Below the pieces are notes generated by a model. It was not told the DNA's origin and did not search any database. It saw only the letters and a program-made list of their open reading frames with translations. Shown here piece by piece: positions 1 through 17,400 of a stretch of 64,000 nucleotides of DNA. The DNA is taken from NCBI GenBank assembly GCA_043228905.1, contig JBHGNT010000001.1, positions 27,218,001-27,282,000 on the forward strand. Direction: 5' to 3'. The stretch comes from Azolla caroliniana (lineage: Eukaryota; Plantae; Polypodiophyta). Each line of letters begins with the position of its first letter. Within the stretch, counting starts at the first letter, position 1. The translations under genes and the position numbers were made by a program.

Positions 1-3000
1 TGTTGTAGTTAGCCAATCTTAATGGCTCACCATACCAACGAAAAGTCCACTTTAAATCTTCCATTGAGATTAGCATATATTCCATGTACATCTTATTTAG
101 TGATCCAAAAGTGATCACGACTCTCTCCTATTCTATATGTGATATTATTAGCTTACCTTTCCAACCTCTCAATATTGCCTTGCAAGAAATAGTTCTACCC
201 TTAAGTCATGAAAGAGATAAACATTTGTCACTTTTTTAAATTTAATGTTGAATAGTCATATCACAACCCCAAAAAACTGTCCTTATTAGACTCTTCCTTG
301 ATTGGCATATTGGGATAATTTAATCCTATAATTCTATAATCACATGAGTTATGTTCTTGATTAGTCACACATGTAAATGAAATATATTACAAATTTATAA
401 AGAGTATGGTATTATGTTGAATTCCTACACTATTCACATTGTTATCGTGGCGTTATAAAAGCATCATTGGAGCCATCACACACACACTTTAGTTTATTGT
501 AATTGGAGATCTGTCAAATAACTAATGTCTACCACTTATTCAATTGGAAGTCGAACCTAATGGTGGTACACCCTAAAGAGACAAAGAAGGAACACTTGTG
601 TGGTGAGGTCAATATATATTGTTATATAGGAAGGAATTGTTCACTTATGCATTAAAATGTTTTCCGTTTAGGACGTTGCATACATTAAAGCTCACCACTT
701 TCTATTAAACGATACATCATGGGCAATACCATTGAGTAAAATGCTTCGTGGACAACCCTATTATACCGACTTGACTAGTAACCATGGATTTGTGGTTTCT
801 CTTTCAACTAAACATGAGAGCTCACTCTTAAAGGAAATTTACGATGTTTGTGATTGTTGCAACATTCAACTTTATGAATAATTTAAGCTATGGTGTTACA
901 TCCATTGTGTCAAAAGCCTTTTTGTATGTCAATTTGCTTTAGAAATACATAATGACTCGTGTATTTAGGATAGTTTATACTAATATATGCATTTGTAATT
1001 TTGTTTGCGATACATGGAATAAAGCCATATTGCTTTTGGGTGCAAACATATTTAGAAAACATTTTTCACTTGGTTCATAACCAGTTTAACAAAATGTTTG
1101 TAGATTACCAACATAATTATCATTGATCACCAATCTCCTTGAGATTCAAGGTTCATGGAGTTCTTGTGGATGAGTTGCAACCCTTCTTTTCATGAAATTG
1201 GTAATTCTCCTTAATGTTAGGCATCGTTCTTTCGAAATAAATAGGGCATTTAAATTCTCCCGAAACTAAAAATAAAATTATGCAAACCATACTAGCTAGT
1301 GGTTATGATTTGTAGTTTATATTGTCAGAATATCTACTTCTAACTCATGTGTTTGATGTGTCGAGAGAATAGGTGGTACTTGTTCATATGCCACACTTAC
1401 ATAACAAGGTCACCTTCACAATTAACGCAAAATTTTCAATCATGGACAAATCCTCTTTTCCATGTAGGTTAGTAAAAGCTATATTGTCCTAAAACTAGAG
1501 TTATGGATATATGTGCATCCCAAAGCCAAGGGCAATTTACTTAGTGGGAACCATTGTGAAAAGGGCTCTTGAAGAGTTTGTTGCCACTTAAGGAGTATGC
1601 CTTCTTGTGGAACTGTTTGCTTAGAGTATTATTTGTAGGAATTATGATTCTAGATCTAAATATCTCATTTGCCACTTCTAAATGAGCAATGTTCTATTTG
1701 TGTTGTCTTCATACTCTCTAAATTGTATGGGAGGATGGTGTGACAATTTGAGCAACATTCTTACTATGACCATTTCTTGCCTCTTAACTACGATATCTTT
1801 TATACACAAACTACATTAATCAAGGATTGTCAATGGGGAGATGAACCATGGAATTGGTAGAAACTTAACACAACACGAAAAATTACACTATTTTACATCA
1901 ATTGACATAGAGTCGTCAAATAATTGATACACAAGTAATAGAGGACATATATTACACCTCCATGTTTCTCTCTCTTTACCATTGCTCCATTAGGTGACTT
2001 AATTAAGTTAGATGATAGGGGCTTCCCCACCATTTTTCGTAAAATCTTCTATTTAGGCCACAAATTAGTGGTTCTTATCACACTAGAGCTAATCTTTTCA
2101 CATTGAAATTTTACTGTCATATTTGGGCGGATGACAATCGTAGGGCACACGCCTATACATTTAGCAGAAAGAGCTTGACAATGGCTAGGATGGCTTTTTC
2201 TTTCGTAACATTATTTGAAGTTGGGAGTTGGCAATCTTCATAGTCGGGTTCAATCTCTTTTGGTAAAATGGGAGAACAATTATTACTTTGGCGTTCTTGA
2301 GAGAAATGAGCACAATGATGTCATTAGGGGTTTCCATGAGGCTAGTGTCACCTTGTTTCTACCTGGACACAAGATATGAACCTTAGTGATCACGTCATTA
2401 CCATTGTATGCATGTTTGATTTCCTCCATTGTGACCTTCAATATTGATTCCATATCTAGGAAGTAGGCATCATTTCATTGTTGGATCCTAACTCCCTAAC
2501 CTGCCTTGAAAAAATGAAGTTTTGTGGCCCATTTGTGCCAAAAGACTTTCATGACAACTAGTAATTGGTTGATCATATAACATTGGAAGTTTTGTTATTC
2601 AATTTAGTTTTACTTTGACTCCTTTGTTGCTAGTGTACTTGGTACATATTGGCTAGCCATCAATGGAACTCTGTCATGGCTACCTCAAACATTGCCATTA
2701 GGTCTCTTTTGAAAACAACTACTCATGCATCCCATTGTTTGGCAATTAGGCACAAACCATGATACCAACGAATAAACGACATGCTCTAGTCTCGACCAAT
2801 GAATATGTAATTAAAGTTGAATGACGGAATAAAGACTTGCTAGAACTTCCATTGTGCACTCATTTGTATCTTAGTGTTTTGAATAATAGTGCTTTGAACC
2901 TTTTGATTTGGTCATAAGTGTCACCTAGTTCAGTAAATATAGGGTATGGCCTTGATTATCTAGGCCAACATTTATTTACCATTATAATATAATTATTGAA

Positions 3001-5103
3001 GGTGTGGGTCTCCTTTCTCACGCAACAAAAGTTTGTGGCGTTTGGATAGATTGGATGGTGGTGCCTAGTTTTGGGTTTGATGTGCTTGTATCCATTGTCT
3101 GAGTTGACTTGCGTTTATCATTACATTACTACTAAAGTTGTGGGTCTCCTTTCTTGTCCAACCAAGTTTAGCAGCATATGGATAGATTGAAGGGTGGTAT
3201 CATCTCCGTGTATTGGGTTGTTGGAGAAGAATTCCATGATGAGGCTTTATTGGTTTGGGGCCGTTTGGGATACCACCAAAGGCTCCTCAAGACTAGTTGA
3301 AGTACTAGAACAGTTTAAGTTCGGCATGACCATAGTGTTTGTGAACATGGTGGTACATATTTGGTGTTCATGGGCCTTGCTTAAAATTTCCACATTCAAC
3401 ATTTGTAATTGTATCATCAGGTTACGAGAACTCATGCACCTCCCTTATGCTGGATTGAATCTTGGTTAATATCTCATAAAGGCATTTTACCTTAGAGAGT
3501 TAACTCAATAAAAAATTGATCTCTTTTCTAAATGATTTAAGTTTAAGGATTACATCTCTCTTTAATGTGCATGTGGTCTTTCATGGTCAAATTTGGCCAA
3601 CCCTTTAGGGGAGGCAAAAAGGTAGTTTGACCCCATCTTATTTGGCCTCATATGGTCGGTGAACTCTATATTTTTGAGCTAACCCCCCTAGCCCATCATC
3701 AAACTTTGTGCGGTTAAGTGGTATGGGAGGTGCATTTTGGGAGGGTTTTATGAACCTCAAAAGCTTACTAGATGTTCCAGGTTTCTCAAACGTTAAACAA
3801 TGGTTTAACTGTACTTGTACACATGATGGTTCAAGTGCAATCATCTGCATGATAGCTCTTCTTGACTATTTTGTCCCTCAACATGATAATTCAAATCTAC
3901 AAGAGTGAATGGTAGAGTGACCATGGGTGTCCATGCCGACCTTAAAGAGCTTTTCTACAAATTTCTTGAAGACTTGTACATTTGAAGCTCTCAAATGTAC
4001 TAGTTTTCTTTGTCATAAACGGATATCTTCTTGGGAAGTGAATATAATTATCACCCCTAGCTACCAAATAGTGTTAATAAGTAGTTAATTTTATACTTAG
4101 TGATACTTATATATGATTGTGCCAACAATAATTCACTACATGTGATTAATCAATGAGAGAAGAAAAATAAAAACTTAACACTTAAAACGTAAGTACTATC
4201 AAAACTATGCTACTTTTCTTACTCTTGTACTTACCGGTGCTATCTCATAGTTTGGCTTTAATTACACATTCGTTGGTTGTTTGACCAAAGATATACATCA
4301 TTCTAAATTAGCCCCACAACTTCTTAAAGAAGCATGCAACTTTAGAGTGTGGACTGAATAGATAGCCATTGGTCAAATGATCAATAACTAATGTTCGTTT
4401 CTTCAAGCATACAAAAAGTGTTCTTTTGAAATCATATGTGAGAGTTCCAATGATGACAAGGCCATTGTTTGTCATGGCAACTTGCATGCAACCAATGTGA
4501 ATGAAATCGGTCTTTTTAGGAGGTTATATGTGAAGCAAGCCAACTATGCAAGGTGACATGTCATCATAATCGTCATCGGAATCGGTGTGTAGGGTAGGAT
4601 CGAGTTCGTAGTAGTGTTTAGATCCTTGGATTTCTAAAGTTTGTTGTAAGTTAGTCATGGTGGTGTTTTCTTTCGTAATGAAAGGCATTATTTATGGAGA
4701 AAAGGAGACATGCACGCTCGATACCAACAAGTATGACAACTCTTGGGACCGAGACAAGGGCCCCGTGCTCAACATTTCATCTTCCAATTTCGGTGTGTGT
4801 TGGCGAGCATTGGGCCCGAGTGTGAAAAGGGGACAACCTTCTAGAGCATGCAAAACACAAGTAAATATGGCCATGCAAAGATTTTGTTTTTACATGTACG
4901 CACACGTGATTATTTTACCTACATATATGTATCCTAATGGATGTATTGTTTTGATTAGTACGCAGATATATATTTGTGTATGTGTGTATTCCATATTGAT
5001 TGATTGGGTTTAGGAAATAATTGTTATGTGAAAAGTGTACATATTGATTCATTGTATCTTGGGCAGTGTGCAAAATAGACAGACATAAAATAAGGCTTTG
5101 ATC

Positions 5104-8100
5104 ATGGATATGGTCAGATTGTTGGGTGTAATCGCTCTTCTTGCACTTTTAACTTTGCAGAGTTTTAATGTTAATTATGGACTTGATCAATTGGTACTTG
5201 ATAATGATGATGATATCATGAAGATGGCTACTCGTACTTATAGTGGTGATGCTAAAGAACCACATTTTCATCGTCAGGATCATCATGATGGTGATGGTGA
5301 TGATTCACAACGACAGATTCATGATGATGATGGTGCAGAGGCACGCCATCATATTCATGATGGTGATTCTAAAGAGCCACATCATCATCATCATAATCAT
5401 CATCATTATGTTGATGGTAAAGAACCACAAATCCATGAGGAGCAACATCATCATTATCATCATCATGGTGATGATACAGAACTTCATACACATGAGGATC
5501 TACATCATCATGATGAAGATGCTGGTGAAGAACCACATATTCATGATGAGGAGTTACATCATCATCACCAAGATGGTGATGGTAAAGAACCACATCATCA
5601 TCATCATCATCATGGCGATGGTAACGAACCACATATTCATCACCACCATCATCATGGCGATGGCAATGGTGAAGAGCCTCATATCCACCATGATCATGGT
5701 GATGTAATCGCAAGCAATGTTCTTGTGTTGGATGCTTCAAATTTCACGCAAACAGTTGCAGATCATTCATTTATCGTTGTCGAGTTCTATGCTCCCTGGT
5801 AGATATTAAAATTGACTTTGATTCAAATGTTCATATATATTAGTCACGCCTTAATATTGTCTAATGCACACATTATGATATATTTCATCCAGAATTCATG
5901 AATATTTACGGAATTACTATAATTAACAGGTGTGGCCATTGTATGCGACTTGCGCCCCAGGTATTTGAACTCATAACTAAACTAGACCCTTTAATAATAA
6001 CACATTTTAAGATGTCTGCATATTAATTTGCAAGTTTCTCTCACAATCTATATGTACGGTGGTATTTCTCCTAGTACGAAAAGGCTGCATCATTGTTACG
6101 GGCACATGACCCTCCAATCATCTTGGCGAAGGTAGATGCGACCAATCAGCTAAACGAAGATCTGGCAGATGAATTCGACATCGATGGGATCCCAGCATTG
6201 AAGATAATAGAAAACAATGGAAACCTCGTCCGAGAGTATGAGGGCCCAAACGATGCTGATGGTATAGTTTCATACCTCAAGAAGCAGGTTGAACCTGCTT
6301 CCCAAGAGATCGTAAATGCTGAGGAAGGTCATCAACTCGTAAATGAAAATGATGCTGTTGTTGTTGTGAGTAAAACTGCTGTGATATGAGATCAAATTCT
6401 GCTATTTATCTCTACGATTTATTAGATTCCACCTAGATTTTTATAATTAATTAAACATTAACATTATGCTTCCACCTAGTTTTTATAGTGGCAAATGTTT
6501 AATCATGTATGGTAACTTCTTATAAATGTAATTGATTACAAATGGTAACTTCGTATGATGGAGCTACATGGCATTAATCATTCATCATCTTGACTATAAT
6601 GAGCTCAATTCTATGTAGTTTGTTTAGTATTGAGTTTCAGCGACCAGTATTCAAGCTAGTATATTTTCACATATAAAATCATTACCAGTATTCTATAGAT
6701 GGTATTTAGCCTCCAAGTTAATTAGATGGGGTTATTAGGTGGGAATCTTCTCGTCATATGAATGCGAGGAGTTTCGGAACTTCACTTTGGTTGCTAGTGA
6801 ATTACGTTCTCAGTATGAATTCCGGCACACTATGGATGGTAGCTTTCTTCCCACAAAATCGACGCCACTCATTGGAAGTCCTGTTATCCGTGTTTTCAAG
6901 AATTTTGATGAAGGATATGATGATCTCAAGGTACATCTATTATCCAAACCCTTTCAGTGGTTGATGTTGAATTGCTTACATATTCTAGTGACTCTGTTTC
7001 TAATGAATCTTGTTTCCAACTGATTTGTTTCCATGAAAGGATTTCGAAACAAGAAGTATAAAGAAGTTTTTGGAAGAAGTGAGTGTCCCATATATAGTGT
7101 TATTCAAGAAAGATCCAGTACACAAGGAACATCTCTCCAAAATATTTGCTAAAGTGGAGGGTATCAGGGTAAGGAAACTTGCTGTTTTGATGTGTTCTGA
7201 ATGTAGTACATGTACCACGTATCATATCTTGAACCATATTTACAGTAGATATCAAGGGTAACCTATATGGTGTTCATTAAAACTTGGGCAATTCTAATGT
7301 TCTGGAAATATATTGTAAGACATGCATTTCTATGAGGTTTAGAAGTTTATATTATTAAATTAAGATTTGGGCATACAGGTATGTGGAAAACATTTCATTT
7401 GTTAATATTTTGGTCCCTTCCATGTGGGCAGGGTGATTCCATTGGTAGTTGAATCTGCACTTTTTCTTTCATTTTGTAGGCGTTTTTATTTGTCGATGCA
7501 ATCATTGAAAACGACCAGATAAAGAATGTTTTTGAGGAACTTGCCAGACAATATAGAGCCAAAGGAATGAGGTTTCTCATTGCCGATACAGAAGATGGAT
7601 TACGGGCTTTCGAGGTAAATAGTAACTGATCTATTCAACCATTTTGATTGGAAGTAGTTTCAAAGTCAAATCAAGGAATCACTTTGTTCTATGTGTAGTT
7701 CTTTGGAGTAAACAAAGAGAGGCTCCCATGTGTTGTGCTTGAAGGGAGTGATGAAAAGAAATATATGCTTGAGAAAGCTCAACCAGGCAAGATTGGAGAA
7801 TGGTTCAAAGATTACTTTGTGAGTATGCATATATATTGAACATCCTAGATTAATTCAAGATTTTTTAAATTTTTTTTTGAATTCAAACTGGAAAACGAGT
7901 TTACATACAAAGGAATTTCATCTCTTTTGATTCATGTTGGATTCCAACAACCATAAGTACCGGATGTTGTATTACCTTACGTTCCCAGCTTGTTTTTAAA
8001 TTTTGAAAGTACTTCCACTGCAGGATGGTAAGGTATCAGAATTCTACAAGTCCGAACCTGTTCCAGAAAAGAACGATGAACCGATTAAAACTGTGGTTCT

Positions 8101-8988
8101 AGACACCTTTGATGAAATGGTGCTAAACTCTGGGAAAAATGGTATGTATTCTGGGTAAAATAAAACGTATGGATGTAGATTTCATAGGTCATATTTTAAC
8201 TGTGGTTCTAGACACATTTGATGAAATGGTGCTAAACTCAACTCTGGGTAAAATAAAACGTATGGATGCAGATTTCATAGGTCATATTTTAAGCAGATGG
8301 TTTAACATTTGCTAGTGTTGTTTGTAGTCTATTATGTGGAGCTTTCCAATAATCTGTGAACCAAATGATAATTCAATGACGTTTTATGATTTCTAATGAA
8401 TTGACATGATACGTTTTATGGGAAGATTTGAGATTATAATCAGTGATATCATTATCATTTTATCATTTTGGTGATCAATAGATGCTTGATATATTTTCGG
8501 TAATGTGTTTGATGTGAACATGGCAGTGCTGGTGGAGTTTTATGCACCATGGTGTGCACATTGCATAAGATTAGCTCCAATAATAAACGAAGTAGCAGTT
8601 GCCTTACAGTCCAATCCAGATGTTATGATTTCTAAATATGTATGTAAAAATCTATATAATGCTATAAGATCATAAGGTTTGACATCTTTGAGCAAGACCT
8701 TGTCTATGTGTTTTGGGATACTTAAGCCATATCCACCTTGTCATGATATGTTTGCAGGATGCTACGGCTAATGATATCAAAGATGATCGATTCGATGTCA
8801 GGGCCTTTCCTACAATATACCTGCATTCAGCTAGTGGGAAAGTGATTCCTTATGAAGGTGGCCTTGATAGCACGGAGGACCTCATTAAATTTATCAATGA
8901 GAATAAGGATTCTCTTCCTGGGAAAGGTGAAATCATCCAAGAAAGGATTCTGGAGAGCATAGCAGGTGTCGGAAAAGATGAATTATAA
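5104..8988 (+). CDS. PDI: Protein disulfide isomerase (PDIL1-type, a-b-b'-a', ER-retained) with N-terminal His-rich repeat insertion; 10 exons, ~684 aa
   Basis: Exons 5104-5798, 5930-5960, 6075-6365, 6739-6930, 7040-7168, 7480-7614, 7699-7818, 8024-8141, 8527-8639, 8758-8988, all GT-AG and in frame (2055 nt). Hydrophobic signal peptide, [52 protein letters not shown]-terminal KDEL*. Confidence 0.95.
5240..5703 (+). repeat. Degenerate coding repeat (CAT/GAT-rich) encoding DG(D/N)xKEPH(I)H(n) units
   Basis: Recurring gatggt...aaagaaccacatattcat / catcat units; about 50 His in ~150 aa. Confidence 0.9.
8089..8292 (+). repeat. Local tandem duplication of the PDI exon 8 3' end plus intron start
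   Basis: 8089-8199 is repeated at 8198-8292 (aactgtggttctagacac...gtcatattttaa); the second copy lacks the donor segment gggaaaaatg/gtatgta. Confidence 0.85.
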
Positions 8989-9439
8989 GGATTTATAATG
9001 AGTGATTGAATTTATAGAAATTTGAGCAGTAGTACCTATGGGGCAAATTCTATAAAATTATTTGTAAATGAATGTAAAAATTCTGTAATGGGTGCTTTAG
9101 CTGCCAATCTCGAGTATGTAAATAATTTTGTAAATGGAATTTAGTATATAAATGATTTTTAGTTTTGAGCCGCCCTGCCATCAGTTTTTGTGCATTGATG
9201 AAAATTCTGAAGTTCAGATTCTTTACTTTTACTCTTATCTTGTTGCATGTATGGGTGGCCATGATCCTCTTAGGATTACATGATGAATTGATATCCAGGT
9301 CCAGTCCGTGGGTGTGGTTGCGAAACAATTTCTTTGGAAGTAGGACGAAGTAAAGCATTTTCATGTAGTGTATGTGAGGTTGAGTGGCTCCTACCATTCA
9401 AGAATTATATATCTGCATATTGACAAGACACGTCGTGGT

Positions 9440-10110
9440 TCAAAGACTACTCCACATTCATATTCTGCGGAAGTGGTGATCACAACAATCTATATCATGA
9501 ATTGGTGCTCGACCATAATACACGATGGAAGGAAACTAGAGCTCTTCAAACGAGAACTGTTTGGGGGCATTGCATATGTGCACGCGTAAGATGAAGTAGA
9601 CACCAAACTTGCCCCTAAGTCAAAGGTGCACTTTTGTGGTTATACTATTGAACAAAAGGGGCATGTTAAGTCCTTTAGTCTATCAACTCACAAAGTTCTT
9701 GTAAGTCAATGTATACTTTGAAGTCAACCACACCCACGACAAATGAGGATATCACCCACATGTATGTCATATGTTACCCCAAGAACTCACTCTATGGTCT
9801 TGAACAAACACCTAGTGCATGGCACTTGTAGATCACTTTGAAACAAAAGGGGGAGAGTGAAATAATGGACACATCACAAAAGTGGCCCACATGATGATTA
9901 ATAAAAAGAGCATGTCACAATTCAGATGGAAGTAGTGGTCATGGTAGTCTACATCTTGAACTAGTGTTTGACAATGGCAATACACAATGCAACCCCACAC
10001 TGGAAGGACATTGTAACTTTCACATTGAAAAGTATTTAGACGCATTATGTATGTGGACATCCGAATTAAAAACAAATCGAGCTTGATGCCAAGTTAGCAA
10101 AGCACATTAG
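9440..10110 (+). mobile_element. Degenerate Ty1/Copia pol fragments (integrase C-terminal region and RT)
   Basis: Translates, with stops and frameshifts, to AEVVITTIYIMNW..FGGIAYVHA*DEVDTKLAPKS and KNSLYGLEQTPSAW, matching Copia motifs WAEAVSTAVYIMNR / FGCIAYVHVPDEKRTKLDPK / KSLYGLKQAPRAW. Confidence 0.75.
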
Positions 10111-10934
10111 GACAAGGTTCCATGCCACAATAGAATGGAGGGTTGAATGTATTCACTCATTGCCTTTTCCCACCAAAGATCTTGAATAATGCATTGTGCG
10201 CATTGGGATTTGTGTTATGAACTACCCTTGACCAATGAGACTATGCGATTCATTTTACGGGCATGTCCATACCACACGTCCTCAAGGTTATGGGTTTTGG
10301 GTTGGGATGATGTTTGATGACGATGGAGAGAAATTAATGTGGTATGTGCTATTGCCCCAATGTTGCCAATGTCATAGGGTGCACGATCTCAAACTAAATA
10401 AACATAGAAGATTTTTTCATGTATCTAACAATTGCAAAATGAACATGTAAAGCCAATACATATGCTTGTGTGCATAATCCCTAACTAATATTTTTCATAG
10501 TGAATGCAACATCAAACCCATGGCTTGAGACTTGAACCCCGCAAGCTTATTGATTCATAACAAATAACTCACTAATGGAATCGATGGGAACTTCTAAAGT
10601 CCCTTACTACATATTTATAAAAGCAATCTTCAAGCACATAATGTCTTGTCCAAAGGCGCAACTTGCACTACATATTGCTCATAATCACTCTATACATGTA
10701 AAAATAAACCAATTATCAATTTATGAGATACATTGTGTCGGTTATGCTTTACAAAATATTAGCATAAATAATAGCTTTAAATTTTACTTGGATACTTTTT
10801 GGGATATAGTAATGTGCTATGAAAAGCAATGTCATTATGTAAAATTGAATGTGTGGATAATGTGCAACATTAGAAGATAAGAAGATCATATCTCTTTAAA
10901 TTTTAAGATTGTAGGTTGTAGGTCGTATTGTCAT

Positions 10935-14264
<3,330 letters not shown>

Positions 14265-14424
14265 GGCACTATAGTTGGTTGGTTCGTTTGTTCGACCCAC
14301 ACAATCCGTAAGACCTTAATATTATCAATTTGTCCGAAATCCCACGCTCTTGAAGGGTTATTCTTACACTACATTAAATTTGAATGATGAGAAGGTTAGC
14401 ATACAAACATGCACAACTATAGTC

Positions 14425-14456
<32 letters not shown>

Positions 14457-17400
14457 CTCGTTGGAGCCATTGAGGTATGCCTCACCCTTTTGTTCTACAT
14501 GCTTGCTTTACTACACGTCCCCCTTGCTCTCGCACACCCTTAACCACACGTGTTTGCGAGTCGTTCTCCTTGTATGTCTTTTTCTTAGGTCCAACCTATG
14601 ATTTTCATATTGTGTACTGGTCTTTTGATGGAATTGCTTTTGGAAAGAATTGTTCGCTTATGTCCCCTTCGCATTCCCATAAAGTTTTTCTATTCATAAA
14701 ATGAAGAGGAGTTGATGTTGTTTTTCCCTTGGCAATGGCTCCACTTTACATATACATAATATTAAAGGAATGTGTATGTGTATTGCACGAAACCTTACTA
14801 CAATTAACTAAAAAGAAATAGGTTTCAAACACCCGTTTAGTTTTATTTATTGAATGATGTATGTGATCCATCATCTTTCAAAACAATATTGCTCTTCAAT
14901 CGTGTTGTATGATGTGATCCTTTGAGGTTGTCATTCAATATTGTGATAGTACGATTGTGCATATCATTCTGGGTTCAATGCAAAAGAAGAAACAACTCCC
15001 ACTCGTGATTATTAACAATCCTTCAACATTAAGTTAAGTTTTAATGACTGCATGATTTCTTGTTTAAATTTCAATATTCATGGTGTGGGCTAATTGTTGA
15101 AATGGAGATCGGCTAACTCCTTGTCTATATTGATGCATTCAATTCCGCAAACTTTATTGGTGTGAAATCCTTGACAAAATAAATTAGCCATGCAAAAGAT
15201 AGTAAGAAAAAAAAGAGGGAGATTTAACCTTTTCCAAGTGTGTGTTCATCCACATGAAACTGGTTATGCATGGAAAACATCTTTAAAGAGACACCATTTT
15301 GTTTGTTAGCCACCTTTTTTGAACACAACTTTCATTTTTCGTATTTTTTTCATTCTTCATGTATTGAGCCTAAACAATTTGTGTGCACCTATCTCTGCAT
15401 TTGTTACAACAATCCCATAGGAAACACAAGTAAGGGTAAGCATATGACCAATATTGTATTGAGCTATCTTGTTTACATTGATCATCTATCCACTCTTATT
15501 AATGGAATTAGTGTAATAAATTATGTGCTAAATCATTGAACGTTATAGAAACATTGCCTTATATGTCTTTAAGTTTAATGTATAGCATGATGTAAAGTTC
15601 CATGGGTCATGTTTCTCTTTTGTACACATTCAAAGTATGTATGTTGAAAGTGTACGCATTCAAAGTTTATGGCACACAAATATATGCAGCATGCCTAGTG
15701 ATTAAATTTGAAATTGGAGCATTGAACTACTAGGGTCAAACCACAGAGTGAAGTTAGTCTTGAATTTCTAGATTCATTGACCTAAGGTCAAAACCTTGAA
15801 CTGTGTTGGCAATAGATGACTTGACATTCTAGATTCATTGACACAAGTTCAAAATCTTGGATGGTCTAAGCAGTAGAGTATAGTTGACGTTCTAGATTAA
15901 TTGATGCGGGCTCATGTTCCTAAATATTGGTGTAATAACATGATACCTCCCAATAAAAGCCCCAAATTTTAGCGTTAGTAGAAACATTTATAATCTTGAT
16001 TGAGTTGATACAACCTTTTGAGTAGTTGAGAATGCAAAATGGACCAAGAAGATTCAATTCTATAATCTAGATTGTGACAAATACTGTTACTTTGAATTAA
16101 ATATCCAACTTTGAGAAGCTTGAGAGGATCCACACTCACATGGATAAAAATGAAGAGTTGGAACATTTATTCAATGATTAAGAAGTGACGGAATTTTTTT
16201 TATAAGTGAAATTGTTTAATAATGAACTCCACCTAGCAAGCACCACAATGATATAATTAATTTGATTGTTCCCTTTGCACAATTATATTTCTTGACTGTT
16301 AACCAATTTTAATTGGGTTCCATATAAGTAATATTATGCCATTGCGTGTATGAGGTGGGAAACATATGCACGAATTTGTTGACATTGCAAACTCATGTTT
16401 TGTTCTTTATAGTAAGCTTTTGTGAGGCATCACAAAATTTGAACTAGCTTCGGCGATGTTATGGAAAGAAACTCTACCACGTATTATAAACAATACCTTT
16501 TCATTATGCACCACGAGGTCACATTGGATACATTGTGAGCTAGAATTAAAACATTTAAACATATTGTCAAGTTATTGACAAGCTATGGAAAATATTAGGG
16601 ATCACATAAGTGAAAATCGATGAAGTTGGGTGACAACACATAAACGTGGAAGTAAAGGTTAGACACGTCTATCGGATTGAAAGGTCTAAGATATTTGACT
16701 CCATTTTGTTCCCTTCCATGGAGAAAAACTATTTTGAGAAATAATGTATGTATTAGCAAGTGAGCTCTAGCTACCACCACTTCACAGGCTTTATCTATTG
16801 TTCATGAACAATTATAATGTGGGTCATGTATAACTAATGATGCCATCCTTAAGCAATACAAAACGTCCATCAAATGTGTGGTTGCACAACGTGTTGAGCG
16901 TTTCGCTAGTTATAATAAATTTATAATAGCCTTCACAAATTCAAAAACTTAATGCAATTGCTATAGTCATCTTGCAATCTTAAAAGTTATATTCTTCTTT
17001 CTCAACATCTTATTTCCTCTAATGTTGTAGATAAATGTGAGATGGGGTTAAGCAAATGAATTTCAAAATATTCTATACAGGTAAGTTTGCATTGTATTGC
17101 AAGGAAAGAGGATGCTATCAATTAGCATGTAAATTCGGATGTAAACGAAATACTAACATTATTTTGCAAGGAGTTCGCTAAATGTGATATGTAAGGTTTT
17201 TTGCCATACTAGACCAACTTCCATGAAGGGTTCGGTATTATGAGAATTACGTACTTAACGCCCAAACATGACATTGTACATCTTTGTGCCTTTTGCTTGC
17301 ATAAATGGATATATATTGCTTGTCGATGAACAATTATTGGGTAATGTACAGAGTAGTATGACATTATGAAATTTTAAGTTGAGAAAACAAATCTTTTCTA

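Noticed and set aside
1-4600. Possible decayed LTR-retrotransposon coding remnants and short ORFs
   Set aside because: Motifs too eroded to assign confidently by eye.
5243-5740. Alternative-frame and antisense Ile/Met- or His/Asp-rich ORFs
   Set aside because: Shadows of the CAT/GAT repeat in PDI exon 1.
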